This document shows positions 51,172 to 62,242 of a stretch of 64,000 nucleotides of DNA, piece after piece (position 1 is the first letter of the stretch; every line of letters starts with the position of its first letter). A program made the position numbers and the translations under genes. Below the pieces are notes generated by a model. It was not told the origin of the DNA. It was given only the letters and a program-made list of their open reading frames with translations, and made no database searches. This stretch comes from Phoronis australis (lineage: Eukaryota; Animalia; Phoronida), in assembly GCA_002633005.1 (NCBI GenBank), contig NMRA01000213.1, positions 488,996 to 552,995 of the forward strand, written 5' to 3'.

Positions 51172-54100
51172 TAGGCCATGGGCCGTAGGCCACAGGAGGC
51201 CTAGAAAACCACTTCTGTGGCCATTTTAGGGGTGCAATTTAATTCAGGTGTTTTTGATGTCACAAATCATTATACTTTGTGAATCAAAAAAGTTCGCACG
51301 TTTAAACTTGCACATTTTTGTGAAATTTGATGTTAAAATTGTGCCGATTCAACAAATTTTAAATGGAATTAAAAAAAGTTAGAAAAGAAGTGTCCATAAA
51401 GGATGATACTGCAGATTATATTCCTACAGGCTGTATTAAGTCATAATGAACACAAACTTTGTTGTATTTTTCATTTAAAACATAGAATTATGGAAGAACT
51501 ATGAATTTATGTGTGCCACCTGTTGGTGAAATATGGAACTACCATTCATAGTGTTCTATGCTATTTTTACTGTTGGTAAAACTATAGTTATCAAACTGTC
51601 TATGACTCACTTTTATTTTTTCGACATATTTACTAATTTGTCATACAAAAACGATCACTGCTACAAGTCCAAAGCATACAATGTTTCAAAAAATGACGAC
51701 AAAAATATAGAATACCAACAAATGCAATTGGATGAAGTACAAAATGCCGAGAAATTAACAAGATAAAAAGCCATTACTAGAGATGTAAATATGAAAATAG
51801 AAAAATGTTTCACAAATCACCAGGCTCACTGGACCAGTTACTAGCCTGGTTTCTGTCACTTGATGAGACGTCTATCCAAGTTCATCCGGCTGGGATGCAA
51901 GTCCATCACACTGTTTCCCATCATCTGACTCAATTTCATCACTAACTTTGACATTCCCACAGTTTTGGCACTTGCACATTTCAGTGCATTGTAATCCAGC
52001 ATTTACAGAAGAACAATTGTTTTTTTAAAAACAATTCACTCTGATTCCATTTTGAACTAAGTAATTGTAGAATAGGGTAAATTCTCAGTAATTTCAGTTC
52101 GGACACGTACATTACAGCCTCTTTTGGATAAAGTTTCCTCCAGGAGTGATTTTAACAGAGTTAAATGCAATATTTCCCCATGCGAGATTATTCGTTGCTC
52201 CACAACTCCAAAGTAAAACTCTTGAAAATTTCACTGTCGTTAGATTTCTGTTTTGTCAGTAGCCTTGTGAAGCTTTTGTAGCAAGAACGATGGTATTTGA
52301 CTTCGAGTGCTACCAGATCTCTTCCCTGTACTATGATCAAAAGGTCCATGCCATTTTCTGCCATAGCAACATCCTAAAACAACCCACCTACATCCAAGCA
52401 AATAAAAAAACCGTTGTCAGAGTTTAAAAATATGGAAAGCGTTGTAGGCCTGTCCTACAAAATGGTAGATGTTGACATGTACTCAATTCTTTAGTGAAAT
52501 AACTGAATGGAAGTAAAACCAATGATCAAAAGACAGATAGTAAATACTAAAAATAAGACATGCATATACACGGCCTAAGGTGTTGTGCTCAAAAGTGAAA
52601 AAGATACCAATGGGTTTGTATGCAAAATGGTCTTGAAAACAAATTTTTGTTTGAAAGTTAACATACAATTTCAGATATGTACACAAGTCTACAATGATGC
52701 AAGTATTCTAAAGTGTACTTTCACTCAAATAAATTTTGTTATTTCAAAAAACACCTAAAAGTAGAACTTTTGAAGATAGTGTTCCAACAACACTGCACAA
52801 AATTATTTTGAAAGCAAACCAACAACAAACTTTGTTGAATGAGTAAAAACTCAATAAAAATGACTGTTCTCAAAATATTTGCTATTTGTTTTGTTATCCT
52901 TCAACCATATGTGTGAAGCTGCACCTACATCTGAAATACAGGCACCTATGCGCCTTCTAGCAAAACCTGAGAGTAAAAGTAGCTTGAAAATGTTAAAGGT
53001 GGTGCTCCAGATATAGGTGCATTCTGTAGTCAATAATTACATTATAGTAGAACAAGTTAAACTAAAACGACGAGCGTCTGTAGTAAAACATTAATTTAAA
53101 ATATACCCACGTTTTGAGCGATGCGCTCTTGATAGACTATTTTATACTTTTATTCATCGGTAACCGCACGGCATTCCAAAATCTATTTGATTTCAATAAT
53201 CACAATGATGGCCAATCACCTGAGCCCTGGGTGTAATCTCCAAACTCAGACTCAAAGCCCAACTATCCACAGTGCATAAGTCCAGTAAATTTACTAAAAT
53301 TCTGGCATGCATTTGGTCAGTTTTGGAGCTCAGCTTAGAGTGTGGAGATTACGTCTCCCCCATCCCTGTACAATACAAAAAGTATAATTTTGATAGATAT
53401 GTTACACCATGCCCAGAGTTATGGTTGCTGAGAAAATAACAATGTACACTGAAGAAAATGGTCATCTTGTTATTGGATTATGTGCCCTACCTGCATTTGA
53501 ATGCCATCACACAGGCCGGTTATTCAGTGAATTATCTGGATGATCGATCCAAACACAAGCAGGCCAGACACAGAATCCAGGGAACACTGTCTTTTTACGA
53601 CTTGTGCATATGAGGGTTTTCTAGTCAGTTCGTACCTTAGCCAACTCGCACCCAAGTCAACTCATACCCGTGCTAAAAGCATTACTAATAAATTTTCATT
53701 TTTATTCTTTAAATAACAAGTAATATTGAGTCGTTTTGCATAAATATGGCACGATTGATTGATTGATTTTAATCACTACTTTGCCAAATCACATAGTTTT
53801 GAAATACTTTTGAAATTTGACTTGGGTACATGATGATTTGAGTATGGAGTGACCTGTTTCCTACTGAGGCACCGACTCAGTGACTTGCATCAATTTATCA
53901 TACTCCCATGAAAAATTTAACACTCACCATCATCTTGGTCGTAATCAGGGGTTTCTATTCTCGGCATACTTTATAGTTTCGCAATCTTTCCACTTTGCTC
54001 TTTCAATCTTTGTAACGCCACTAAGCTTGTATAACGTCAATCCCTGAAGTTACTTGATGCAAATGCCAACTGGTGTCACACATTGTGCTCATTACTGTCT

Positions 54101-54520
54101 TCATCACCAAGGGAAAGTCATTCTTTCACACAGTCAGTGCTCTTTGCCCATGTCACTTTCGAGAAACTCAGCAAATCAGATGCATTTAGTGCTTGAAAGT
54201 GTATGCAGCATTTATTGACAGCATCTCTAAGGGAGCCGCCATGTTGGATTAGGTTTGCAGTTACTTAATTTCTGAGCTTGCGATTGGCTAAAATGTCATC
54301 TTGTGCTAGTCTTTTGTTGGATTTAGCGCTACCTCTTGTTCAATAATGTAACATTTGGACTCATAAAAAACTGTTTTTCTACAAAAAAGTGCAACTTAAA
54401 ACGTGGAAACTTTTCAGGTATCAATTACTTAATGGTATATCTAGCCGTACAGAAAAAAATCCAATTGCCCCACTAAAATGGTCACAGGATGAAAAGACTG
54501 GAGCTACGGCCCATGGCCTA
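51172..54520 (-). mobile_element. Academ DNA transposon, internally deleted, with 4-bp TSD
   Basis: Perfect 17-bp TIR TAGGCCATGGGCCGTAG / CTACGGCCCATGGCCTA; TSD TGCG at 51168-51171 and 54521-54524; minus-strand remnants DLVALEVKYHRSCYKSF and AGLQCTEMCKCQNCGN (Cys-rich finger). Confidence 0.88.
53621..53856. mobile_element. Small MITE inside the Academ element
   Basis: Imperfect inverted ends built from ACCCAAGTCAA / TTGACTTGGGT sub-repeats. Confidence 0.55.
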
Positions 54521-54849
54521 TGCGGTACTACTGCGGTGGCGCTGCGTCAGCAGGACGGCTTCATGACGTCCGTGTGTCGGCTATATATGGGAGGTGGTTT
54601 TGGTTGTAATTCATTACCATTTTCGCTCCTGCTGTGGACGTTGCTACTGTTATTACTGTTACTATCACTTAGTGATGCTGGCGAAACGTGCTACACCAGG
54701 ACGGACTGTCGGAGTGAGGAAAGCCAGCAATGAGACACCTGCTCCAACACCATGAGATGATGAGTCTTCATATGATGAACACGATTATGGGGCTGCTCGT
54801 GCTGAAGATGCTGCTGAGTCTGAGCATCAGTCCGTAACCAGCCAACCAG

Positions 54850-55620
54850 ATAGTCTGTCTGGTGCTGGGAGGCCGATGGTCCATCAGCCAAGAGTTCCTT
54901 GAGCTCGGAATCGTACAAGATCTGGGCATCAGACCTGTATCCATCTAAACCAACATCTATCCAGAGGAAATGGAAATCGGCGACAACAAGTCCCATCAAC
55001 ACCAATGAATAGAATCCTTTATAATCGCGGAACAAGCTTCCACTAATGTGTGGCTTGCGAATTGCGACTTACTGCTCACCCAGGGCCCCACAGGCATGGG
55101 GACCTTCCAGCGGTGATCGAACTTGACAGCTACAACCTTCCATTCGTCTCGGGTCGTACATTTAGGTCACTACATCACCGCGTCCTTAAAATCTCCCACG
55201 ATGGCCTGACAGACTTCTTTGCCCAGCACAGATATCCGGAAATCGAACTTCATGCTCACGTATGTGTCTCCAGAGGCTAGGTGATGAAGAGTTGCAGCCA
55301 GTTGCGTCCCTGGGTCCAAGGCTTTCCTGTAGTTGGTGTCCGTCTTCGTGATACGTGTTCCAAACCTGGCAAGTAGCTTATCCAACATCTGAATCCGGAC
55401 CAAATGCTGGAACGACGCTGAGCTCGACCATAAGCCGGTTGTAGTGGCCAAACTGCTCACGTCTCACATCGCCCAGCCAAGGTCTCACCCAGCATCTTCT
55501 TTGTCTTGCTCGTCCTCTTCTTCTTCGCATCAGGGCAATCATTGCTTGCTCATCTTCTGCCTGTTGTTCCAGGACATGCAGCAACTGCTGTATGACGATC
55601 AAATTTCTGTTATTATCTAT
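54850..55620 (-). pseudogene. Harbinger (HARBI1-like) DDE transposase pseudogene
   Basis: Fragments RRCWVRPWL, ITKTDTNYRKAL, LAATLHHLASGDTY, YKGFYSLVLMGLV, FLWIDVG..G..SDAQI; frameshifts and 3' truncation. Confidence 0.88.
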
Positions 55621-57011
55621 CACCCTGCTGAGCTTTCAATACTGATAGTCGATCTGAACTGTTTGAAGACGTTAAGAACACTGAAATTTAAGCAGAAAAC
55701 CGAAGCTTTTATACATGTACTACAGAATAAGTCCACAGTAACACCGTTCAAACACCTCAGTGCAAACTCAGTGGAAACGCCATTGCCGTACAAGCACCTG
55801 AATAACACCGCCGGCACCGCCGTAGGAAAGCTGTTACACCGCATTAAGATCACCAAGGTACCCCCGTACCCGCAGTGCACCCGTGGTAGCACCGCCATAA
55901 CCACAGTAGAATCGCCACGGGATCGCCGTAGGGTCGTCAGTCTACGTTTTTGGCGATGGCACGGCGGTTGTAATGAGGAAGCAGGGCGGTGATGAAGGGT
56001 CATGACGGTGTCACGGCGATCTCACTGCGGATTGGCCCAATCCGCAGCGGCACTGCTAAAGTTTTAAACGTGTTCAAAGTTTCCGCTGAGCCACCGTGAA
56101 GGTCCGCGGTTTTGACAGTTATTTGCTGAGCTACGGCGATCAATGGCGTAACCACTGCGGAACCACGGCGATCATGGCGGTGCCACTGCAGTTTATGCCG
56201 TACAAGCACCGTACCTCTGCTGTGACGGGGGTACAAGCAGTTTAAAGGAGAATGCCGCCAAAAAACACCGAACTTTGTATCACTGTAGATCCAGTAGTTC
56301 CACTTGATAACAGCAAGTTTAGTTTTTTTGCCTGACACAAAACTGCAGACGGAGGTGCTGAATTCATCGAGTGACGTCACAGGTTCTAACACAGGCTGCT
56401 CAGCAGTTTACGAGACTCTTATTGGTGTTGAGGTAGCGCTTGAATTCATGGTGCTACACCAAATAAATTGCCAAAATTCGATGTAAAACTATACATTGAG
56501 CGTCGTTATATTTTGCTGTTACGGATTTAAAGAAATTTTGAAAGAACAGCAGCTTATAAAATTCCCCGGTGTAGGCCAACTTACCTGGGTCGGTCGCAGA
56601 AGTTTGGAGTCTATTGGGTGATAGATTAGAATCATTTCTTCCTTGAAATACAGACACTGACGAAAGCATAGTCGTGTGTGGTAATTTTAGACTTGCGAAT
56701 TTCATCTCTTCTAAACACAAAACGCTTGTTATGACCCAGTGGTTCGGAACACGATCAGGCCCGTCGCGGCCGGACTGGAGACAACACGAACATAAAGCAG
56801 CTGTGTTAGGTGGCAGCAAAAGTTGAAAACTAAACTTCCAGTCACGAAAAGACTGCGCTACTGAACCAAAGGAATAATGTGCACGTGGATATTTTGATGA
56901 ATTCGCTGCGAAATTGCAAATCTACATGTACTTGCTCGCCGGGGGCCACGAAGCCAAGTTCCCCTTCCGCAGAACCGTAAAGGGAAAGGTGTGCAATAAC
57001 ATTAATTTGAA

Positions 57012-57087
57012 TGTGTGTGTGTGTGTGTGTGTGTATATGTAAATATCTATATATTAGAGGAATCTTTACGTGTTTGTATATATATCT

Positions 57088-57143
<56 letters not shown>
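57012..57143. repeat. (TG)n and (CA)n microsatellites in inverted orientation
   Basis: TG run at 57012-57034 and CA run at 57090-57143. Confidence 0.95.
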
Positions 57144-57148
<5 letters not shown>

Positions 57149-57918
57149 TAAAGAATCCTCTAACTGACTCCTGACCATAGCATAAAAAATCGAGTTATAC
57201 ATGTAACTTCAAAACGGCTTTCTGTCAGCAAACGCTGAATTAGCTTGCGCTCACATGGCGATCAATTAGTTTTATTGCATCTGAGGCCAGTAACGCAGTA
57301 TGATTTACTGATTGTTGATTTCTTAAAACATTTGCACTCGTGAACGCTCCTAAGGTATTACAAATTGTAAATACTGAGACAGACTTTGACACATTGTTTC
57401 AGCTTTATGTAAACAATTGGTTAGGGTGAAATTTATTCATTTTGAAACAAAACCGCCTCACCGGCCACAGACATGGAAATATTTCATGGCCTCACACTCG
57501 GTATTACTACGCACTTTTCGTTATTTACTGCCGTGGACCACTTCTTAAGCATTTCGGGTTCTCGAAGAAGTCGCAAAACGATAAGCCGCTTTCCTAGCTA
57601 CTTCATGGATCGCATAAGCGGGAACGATACGCCACACCATAACGACGCACACTCACTGAAGAACCACTGACGCTGCTGCTTCCACACAGGTTAACGCGAC
57701 ACCTTTCGGCGAGGTGAGAGCTATTGTGTACGAGGTGATGTGGATATACCGATTGAGACGGTAGCAAAAACTAAATAAATCGGCTGGCATTCTCCTTTAA
57801 GCAAGTCTGTAGTACATAATTGGTGTGTTTACAACTTTATTGCTAACTCGCCAATCAGTTTCTCTACTAAATTGATATATACTACTGTGGTTGTGCATTT
57901 TTGAAACTAATTTTACAG

Positions 57919-58122
57919 CGTTCAGAATAATGGGAGGTTGGATGGAAGTACCTTGGAACGGGCCTTGTGTGTCATGCGGTAACCGTAGTCGATCTACTCA
58001 GTGTAACAACCCACCGCCTGTGAATGGAGGCTATTGTAAAGACACGTCGTTGAAGGCTACGTTTGAGGAGGACTACTGCTACTGTCCAGGGACGGAGAGG
58101 GTGGAATATTATGCAAATTATT
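57919..58122 (+). CDS. TSP1 exon (copy 2)
   Basis: Reads GGWMEVPWNGPCVSCGNRSRSTQCNNPPPVNGGYC; ttacag acceptor, T|gtaagg donor. Confidence 0.92.
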
Positions 58123-59556
58123 GTAAGGCATCATCATAGATAACCCAAAATCGAATATAGCTGCTGTAATTTAACTACGGCCTTTTTTGAATCCTTGAGC
58201 CCGCAGGGCTATGGTCTTGGTTCAAAACATGTAACTTACACATGCGGTTTGAGTAAATACCTTAAACCAATATATGTTTTATCATGTCTTATAACGTAGA
58301 AATAAATCTGAAACTAAATAAGGCGACCCAGATCCTCACAAGGATACTATTGTTTCACGAAATGTAGAATATAAATAGGTAAATAAAACAACAAGAATGG
58401 ATCAACTGAAATTTTCGGACGTAATAACATCCTTTGTCAACAGAAACAGAAATAATGTCTTGAAATCCTTGGAATGTGCTTTATTTCAGAGATTGTTTAA
58501 TTACGACTTTTTCATCAAAACCACTGAGAATAATAACAATACCAAGTGAGTGGAACTAGTTCTAAATCGCTTTACAGTTTGTCAGATCATGAAGGGTAAC
58601 TAACGCTTTGGGGAATATTCCATTACTTTGAAATTGCTTTGCTTCCCCTCGTTTACATTTAACATTGCCGAGCTTATGAGGTCCCCTCTTTTAGAAATAT
58701 CTTAATGTTAAAAGCAAGACGCCCAAGTATTGTAATATCAAGAGCTGTATAATTTAAAATAATTTGGAAAAGATTAGCAGTTGGTCCATCATCGGTCACC
58801 ATATCTCCATCGTCTGGTCTCCTCCTTTAACATATAAAATTTTACGAGTTAAAAAATAGTGAGTGGGTTATCAATAACAAATGCACAATCCATTAGTGTG
58901 TCCCCAAAAAGTAGTAGAAATCTCACCAAATGTTTTATGATTTCAGAAGAAACGGAAACAGAGACACAGATGATACATGTACCATTATTGTTGCCAGAGA
59001 GGGACATCTGGAGAAGCATGATATCTCTGCATTAACATAAAATTTCTTAATGATTTTAAACATCTGAATGAATTTCCTCTCGAATGTCTATGCATGATTA
59101 GTTTACTCGAACACCGCAGAGACAAGAGCACGTTTTTGGACGGCTAACGGCTCCGAAATAGTAAATCCATTATGGTTAACAAATGTCTTTTTTGTTTCTT
59201 TTAAACTTACCTTTCTCAACTGCCACTACCCCCTACCCCCACACCCTTCAACGGTTTCACGCTTGCAAGTTATAGGGGGCATGTACCCTCCACGTCCTCC
59301 CGTTCTTACCTGTATGCTTATTGCGGGAGGAGCCATCTCTTCCAACTAAAGGAGCGGGACTTCCAACACCTATATGATCTGTCCACCATTTTCGTAGGAT
59401 ACGACAAAACACCCACAAGTTGATTCAGTTTTTCTTAACGCTATCGTATTATCAGGTGTTCGTCACATTTAGTGATGGAATTTGCTTCGAGTTTACATAC
59501 TGTAAATCTCACTACTAAACTTCGATTGCGTTACGTCATCATCGTTATGTTTCTAG

Positions 59557-59832
59557 CTCTCTGTGACCTATCGGTTGGTGAGCAGCTTCAAGTGGTGTCC
59601 ACAAGCAACCGAATGATTCTTGGCAGACAGTTCAAATCTGTCAACGCCGTTGAGAGCGATGTGGACTGTGCCATGCTTTGTCTGGATGAAAGGGACTGCA
59701 AATCTGCTGACTTTTCCAGCCAAGCAAACGTCTGCATCTTAAAAAACGTAACGTGGTCGGACCCAGATTTGAATTCAAGCATTGTTCAGTCAAATAGCAC
59801 TCTGTCTCACTTGGAGTTTGATTGTGTCGTGG
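59557..59832 (+). CDS. PAN/apple domain exon B (copy 2)
   Basis: Reads SDVDCAMLCLDERDCKSADFS...CILK; tctag acceptor, G|gtaagt donor. Confidence 0.92.
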
Positions 59833-60526
59833 GTAAGTCTTTAGAATGGCCTATACACCAAACTTCCGTATCGTAGAAGCGAGAACGTCGCAAAAACGGG
59901 CAGCCATGCAAAACTTCTCAATGTATCGCCATGTATTGCACTATAACCGAAGCACAGAGTTTCTTGTGTCTACAGAATTCTTACGTCAAACTTAAAAACG
60001 CAACTTAATTCAAAATCTTTAAGTCAAACTTAAGATCACTTTCTTTCAACGGACTTAAGACAAACAGACTATTGATTAAGATTTGTCTCAGCTACATGTA
60101 AATCAGTTTTCTAGAAACCTGATCCTGGTCTCGAAATGCGCTGTCTTTTTTCCCAAACTCTGTCAAACTTGTGTATTTACACAGGGTGTTGGAGAAAACC
60201 TTATCCAAGCTCAGCAAGATAAGACGGGTCTCGGAGCTTGGCTCTATTTGCAAAGATACCAGATTTTACAAGTGTTGATTATTTTCCAGCAAAAAGTAAA
60301 GGTTGCCTCTAATTCAATCTCCCGTTTGTGTTCTGCGACCAACTGATTAGGATCGAAAAGCACTGGGTGCGTAAGCAAAATCACGTGACTGGGCGTGTAA
60401 GTTGAAACACTTACGATGTGGTCGCTGATTCCGTCGGTTGAGTAAGACACGATATCCCGCCAAAATTGTCTTGAGTGTTTAGACAGTTTAAGCACCACCC
60501 CACCGTACATGTACTGTATGTTGCAG

Positions 60527-60698
60527 GAGACGAAAGCCCGTATTGGTGGGACTATTCTAGTAGATGGAATGCGTTTTCTCACAGTTCACAAAAGCTAGGT
60601 TACAAAGAAGCCAAGAGACATTGTGACATGCGCAACAGCCACATATTATTCCTGAATAGCCTTGAAGAAGAGAGCCAAATCATACAATGGAAAAATGA
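60527..60698 (+). CDS. C-type lectin-like domain B, 5' exon (copy 2)
   Basis: Reads DESPYWWDYSSRW...YKEAKRHCDMRNSHILFLNSLEEE; GA|gtaagt donor. Confidence 0.9.
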
Positions 60699-61256
60699 GT
60701 AAGTACAGTTCAACTTTAGTTCTTGCAAGACTTCAATGAGCCTCTTGTTTGATCGAACAAAACTTCGTTGGCATGAGATACAATTCTTAGTTCTACGTCT
60801 CACAGAAAAGAGAGATGAGACGTTCATGCCAATACAGAAATGAGTTCAAGACTTCCAGAGAATGAGTACACTTGACTTAGCCTGTTCCATAGGGACAGCC
60901 GTCTACGACACCCCGGTGCCAATTTCCGTTTTTTAAGCAACCAGACGTCTTAAGCTGTTGACTAGGCGTGATTTGCGTCTTCAATCAAGTGAAGTCACAG
61001 ATGACGATGATGAAAATTTATTTTGTACGAAGAAATGATAGGAAATGTCAGCGCGCTACAGTCCATCCCCGACCAGCATCTCTAGACTGACCTGTGTGTG
61101 TGTAGTATTAGAAAACAAACGGGTTTACTGTTGGTTGGTACTGATAGCAATCACCACCTGGAGGCACTGCTGCTGATGTATGTAACTATCGTTTTAGCGA
61201 CATTCACTTGAATTTTCTTTTCCAGTGGTTCAGAGTTTATATTTTTGTTGCTGCAG

Positions 61257-61456
61257 CCACAATGTGTCGGTGGATAGCTTCTGGTTGAGTGAGCCCAAGT
61301 CGAGCGCAGCCCAATATGAGTGGATGCAGCCGGTTGCAGCGGGATTCCACTCATCCTTCCAGCTCTCGGGTCTTGTGTGCAATTCCACGCACTGCTACGA
61401 GATGGCGCAACTGCGTAACGACATCCTGGCTGTAATTTGTGAGAAAAACTTGCCAG
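61257..61456 (+). CDS. C-type lectin-like domain B, 3' exon (copy 2)
   Basis: Reads FWLSE...VCNSTHCYEMAQLRNDILAVICEK; G|gtaagc donor. Confidence 0.9.
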
Positions 61457-61782
61457 GTAAGCATATGACAGATAAATGTGGCGCAATGGGTGGCATGAGA
61501 CAAACATTTTGTTTTCTCTCCCGAATACTCGATTCCAGCAAGTCTTGTTACTGTACATGTAGTTGATGGCTGCATTACGTGGATTACATGTACATCCTGA
61601 AAGATTCTCTTTCCATTGTTTTCTCCATTTTGGAAAAACGAATGAGCCTCGTCAAAAAGGATTTCGGGAAAAAAGAAAAAATTGTAAGTTACATCCCTGT
61701 GTCTTTTTGCTTAACCTTAGGAAACCTTAAAACATGTGCAAAATACTTTCATTAGCTTGATCCACAATTAGAAATCCAAAAA

Positions 61783-61869
61783 CATTATTATTATTATTAT
61801 TATTATTATTATCGCTATCGCTATCGCTATCGCTATCGCTATCGCTATCGCTATCGCTATCGCTATCGC

Positions 61870-61923
<54 letters not shown>

Positions 61924-62037
61924 GACTATGTCTATAACTTATTATGACTATTACTATGACTATGACTTTGCCTATTTCTATGTCTGTGACTATTACTATG
62001 ATTATGATTATTTCTATGAATATGACTATTACTATTA
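61783..62037. repeat. Compound microsatellite (ATT)n-(ATCGCT)n-(ATT)n-(TATGAC)n-like
   Basis: Seen directly. Confidence 0.95.
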
Positions 62038-62242
62038 CACGCATTCATTGTCTATCAACATCTTACAGGGAATAGGGATATGCACGTATGTGTATGAGTT
62101 GCATTGAAACAGTAACCAAAAACTTTTCACGTTTTAGACTGAATTTAATCTAAGTGTATTTAGAGTGTTCCAAATGTATGTTTGAGGTATTTAAAGTTTC
62201 TTGATGAAACTCAAGATGTGGAGAAGAACGCACTTGACTTAA

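Larger units (their letters stand above)
50897..56232 (-). mobile_element. PIF/Harbinger DNA transposon, degenerate, interrupted by an Academ insertion
   Basis: Imperfect TIRs CCTCGTCACACCAGAG and CTCTGCTGTGACGGGG; ACTGCGG-type sub-repeats; HARBI1-like transposase remnants at about 54850-55620. Confidence 0.85.
42888..61456 (+). other. Multi-exon gene segment, copy 2: TSP1-WSC-WSC-PAN-CTLD-TSP1-PAN-CTLD (continues beyond the window)
   Basis: Ten phase-compatible GT-AG exons give a stop-free ORF; the last seven are paralogous to the first seven exons of copy 1. Confidence 0.85.

Noticed and set aside
54389-54733. ORF with a Leu-rich signal-peptide-like stretch (LLLWTLLLLLLLLSLSDA)
   Set aside because: It spans the Academ/Harbinger junction inside an intron, downstream of copy-2 exons; the Leu run comes from a low-complexity TACTGT repeat.
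55444-56003. 182-aa and 127-aa ORFs
   Set aside because: They are antisense or GC-rich sub-terminal repeat frames of the Harbinger element.
1-61456. Assignment to hemicentin, coadhesin, SCO-spondin or polycystin-1-like genes
   Set aside because: Only shared promiscuous modules are seen; diagnostic domains (Ig, VWA/VWD, REJ, GAIN, transmembrane segments) are absent from the window, so no gene symbol is given.
61727-62107. ORFs with poly-Asn/Ser-Asp and Tyr-Asp repeats
   Set aside because: They are translations of the compound microsatellite, with no splice or coding context.
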